DNA of 26,795 bases, taken from positions 1 through 26,795 of IMG/VR virus record IMGVR_UViG_3300020294_000028, one strand, 5' to 3'. Positions 25,562-26,795 of the stretch are shown in pieces. Source of the DNA: a virus (taxonomy: Duplodnaviria > Caudoviricetes). The notes under the pieces were generated by a model. It was given only the letters and a program-made list of their open reading frames with translations, searched no databases and was not told where the DNA came from. The position numbers were made by a program, and so were the translations under genes. The number at the start of each line of letters is the position of its first letter. The first letter of the stretch is position 1.

Positions 25562-26476
25562 ATGGCGATGGTAATCAAGCCAAAACGCAAATTTACTGCA
25601 GGTGCTCCTTCAACGTCGGATATTGTAGAGGGCGAAATCGCGATCAATACGGCTGATAAGAAGCTGTACGTTCGTGACAACTCAAACAATATTATTGAGA
25701 TCGGTGGAGGAGGTGCTGGAGGCTCCACAACAGAAGTAACACAGAGTAGTCATGGATTCGCAGTAAAAGATGCAATTCGTCACAATGGAACAGCTTGGGT
25801 AAAAGCTCAATCCAACAGTGCATCTACACTAGCACTGGGAGTTGTAGTTGTAGTAACAGACAGTAATAATTTTACTGTTGCACAGTCAGGAAGATTTGAG
25901 TTATCTTCGCACGGACTTACAGTAGGACAGTGGTATTATTTAAGTGCAGCATCGGCAGGAGGACTTGTAACAACAGAGCCAACTTTCTCACAGCCACTTG
26001 TGTATGTAGAAAGTTCAACTCACATTTTTGTATACCCATATCGTCCTTCAAATTTATTGATAAGTGGTACAAGTGATATCATACCGGGCGACAATCGAGT
26101 TACAACAGCAAAGATTGCTGATGATGCAGTAACACAGGCGAAGATAGCAGATGATGCAGTAGGAGCAGCACAACTCGCAAGTAGCGCAGTCGTAACAGCA
26201 TCAATTGTAGATGACGCAATTACAAGCGCAAAGATAGCGGATGACGCCATCACAAGTGCACTGATAGCAGACGATGCAATCACAAGCGCACTCATAGCAG
26301 ACGATGCAGTAGTAGCTGCTGCAATTGCAGACAACTCAGTTGACATCGCAAGATTGAACGTATCCGATGGCACAGCAGGACAGTTATTAAAAACAAATGG
26401 TAGTGGAGTGTTGTCTTTTACGGATGCTCCGACAATTACTTCTTCAAGTAAAGTATTTTTCATGGGGCAATTATAA
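25562..26476 (+). CDS. Putative fibre/decoration protein: Mtd-N-like domain, beta domain and decapeptide repeats
   Basis: 304 aa; IKPKR...P....EGEIAINTADKKLY, HGLTVGQWYYLS...G.L....P, (V/I)TxAKIADDA repeats and GQLLKTNGSGVLSF; RBS AGGAG. Confidence 0.72.
   Translation: MAMVIKPKRKFTAGAPSTSDIVEGEIAINTADKKLYVRDNSNNIIEIGGGGAGGSTTEVTQSSHGFAVKDAIRHNGTAWVKAQSNSASTLALGVVVVVTDSNNFTVAQSGRFELSSHGLTVGQWYYLSAASAGGLVTTEPTFSQPLVYVESSTHIFVYPYRPSNLLISGTSDIIPGDNRVTTAKIADDAVTQAKIADDAVGAAQLASSAVVTASIVDDAITSAKIADDAITSALIADDAITSALIADDAVVAAAIADNSVDIARLNVSDGTAGQLLKTNGSGVLSFTDAPTITSSSKVFFMGQL
26099..26356 (+). repeat. Degenerate 30-bp coding tandem repeat, 8 full units plus a partial unit
   Basis: VTTAKIADDA / VTQAKIADDA / VGAAQLASSA / VVTASIVDDA / ITSAKIADDA / ITSALIADDA / ITSALIADDA / VVAAAIADNS / VDIARL. 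Confidence 0.92.
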
Positions 26477-26784
26477 TGGCAACAAAAGCAGATGGTGTAG
26501 ATTTATCAGCAAATACAGATGCAAATATTGGACAAGCAGGTTCAAATGGAGGAACCTATTCTGTATCTTTTGTAAACCGATCAACCAGCGATGTAACTGT
26601 AAGACTTGGTCTTGGAACAGGAAGCGCAACTTTTCAGAATGCACGATATATTTTATACGATGAGACTTTGGCAGCAAAGTCAAATATTACATATTCACCG
26701 ATTGTAGCAGAGGGAAATGATTATATTATAGCACGGTCAAGCGCATCAAGTGTAAATGCGGTGATGATGGGACACGACGAATAA
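26476..26784 (+). CDS. Small beta-sandwich hypothetical virion-associated protein
   Basis: 102 aa; SVSFVNRS...VTVRL, YILYD..L, IIARSSASSVNAVMMGHDE; TAATG coupling at both ends. Confidence 0.7.
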   Translation: MATKADGVDLSANTDANIGQAGSNGGTYSVSFVNRSTSDVTVRLGLGTGSATFQNARYILYDETLAAKSNITYSPIVAEGNDYIIARSSASSVNAVMMGHDE

Positions 26785-26795
26785 TGGCAGGTTTA
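26784..26795 (+). CDS. Start of the next gene (MAGL...), truncated by the window end
   Basis: TAATG stop/start overlap as elsewhere in the operon; only 4 codons visible. Confidence 0.45.

Noticed and set aside
26099-26356. CRISPR-like periodicity
   Set aside because: The units are contiguous, in frame, degenerate at third positions and have no spacers, so this is a coding repeat.
24427-26476. Diversity-generating retroelement suggested by Mtd-N-like domains
   Set aside because: No reverse transcriptase, template/variable repeat pair or C-type lectin domain is visible in the window; one could lie outside it.

Overview
The window is a contiguous, all plus-strand virion morphogenesis module of a T5-like (Demerecviridae-type) tailed phage, probably aquatic and with a sigma70-using host. 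Gene order: terminase large subunit (5'-truncated), HNH nicking endonuclease, portal, a small HNH-repeat-like protein, a fused prohead protease-scaffold-major capsid ORF, T5 p144/p143/p142-like neck and tail-completion genes, tail tube, a tail assembly chaperone pair, and the tape measure. A lambda-type tail tip (M-L-K-I-J) follows in place of T5 pb9/pb3/pb4, then a separately promoted cluster of collar and fibre genes. Most notable: (i) a protease-capsid fusion that keeps a strong internal RBS and in-frame ATG, predicting two nested products; (ii) a -1 frameshift cassette (A_AAU_UUU, 6-nt spacer, hairpin) in the chaperone gene; (iii) a T5/lambda hybrid tail; (iv) accessory domains inserted in the tube, Dit, gpL and gpJ; (v) a possible daisy-chain of fibre adaptors with matching terminal motifs; (vi) three near-consensus sigma70 promoters sharing an upstream motif, two intrinsic terminators and a hairpin before the tube gene. 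No RNA genes, CRISPR array, integrase, reverse transcriptase or transposase were seen. All family assignments come from motif recognition and synteny, not database searches.
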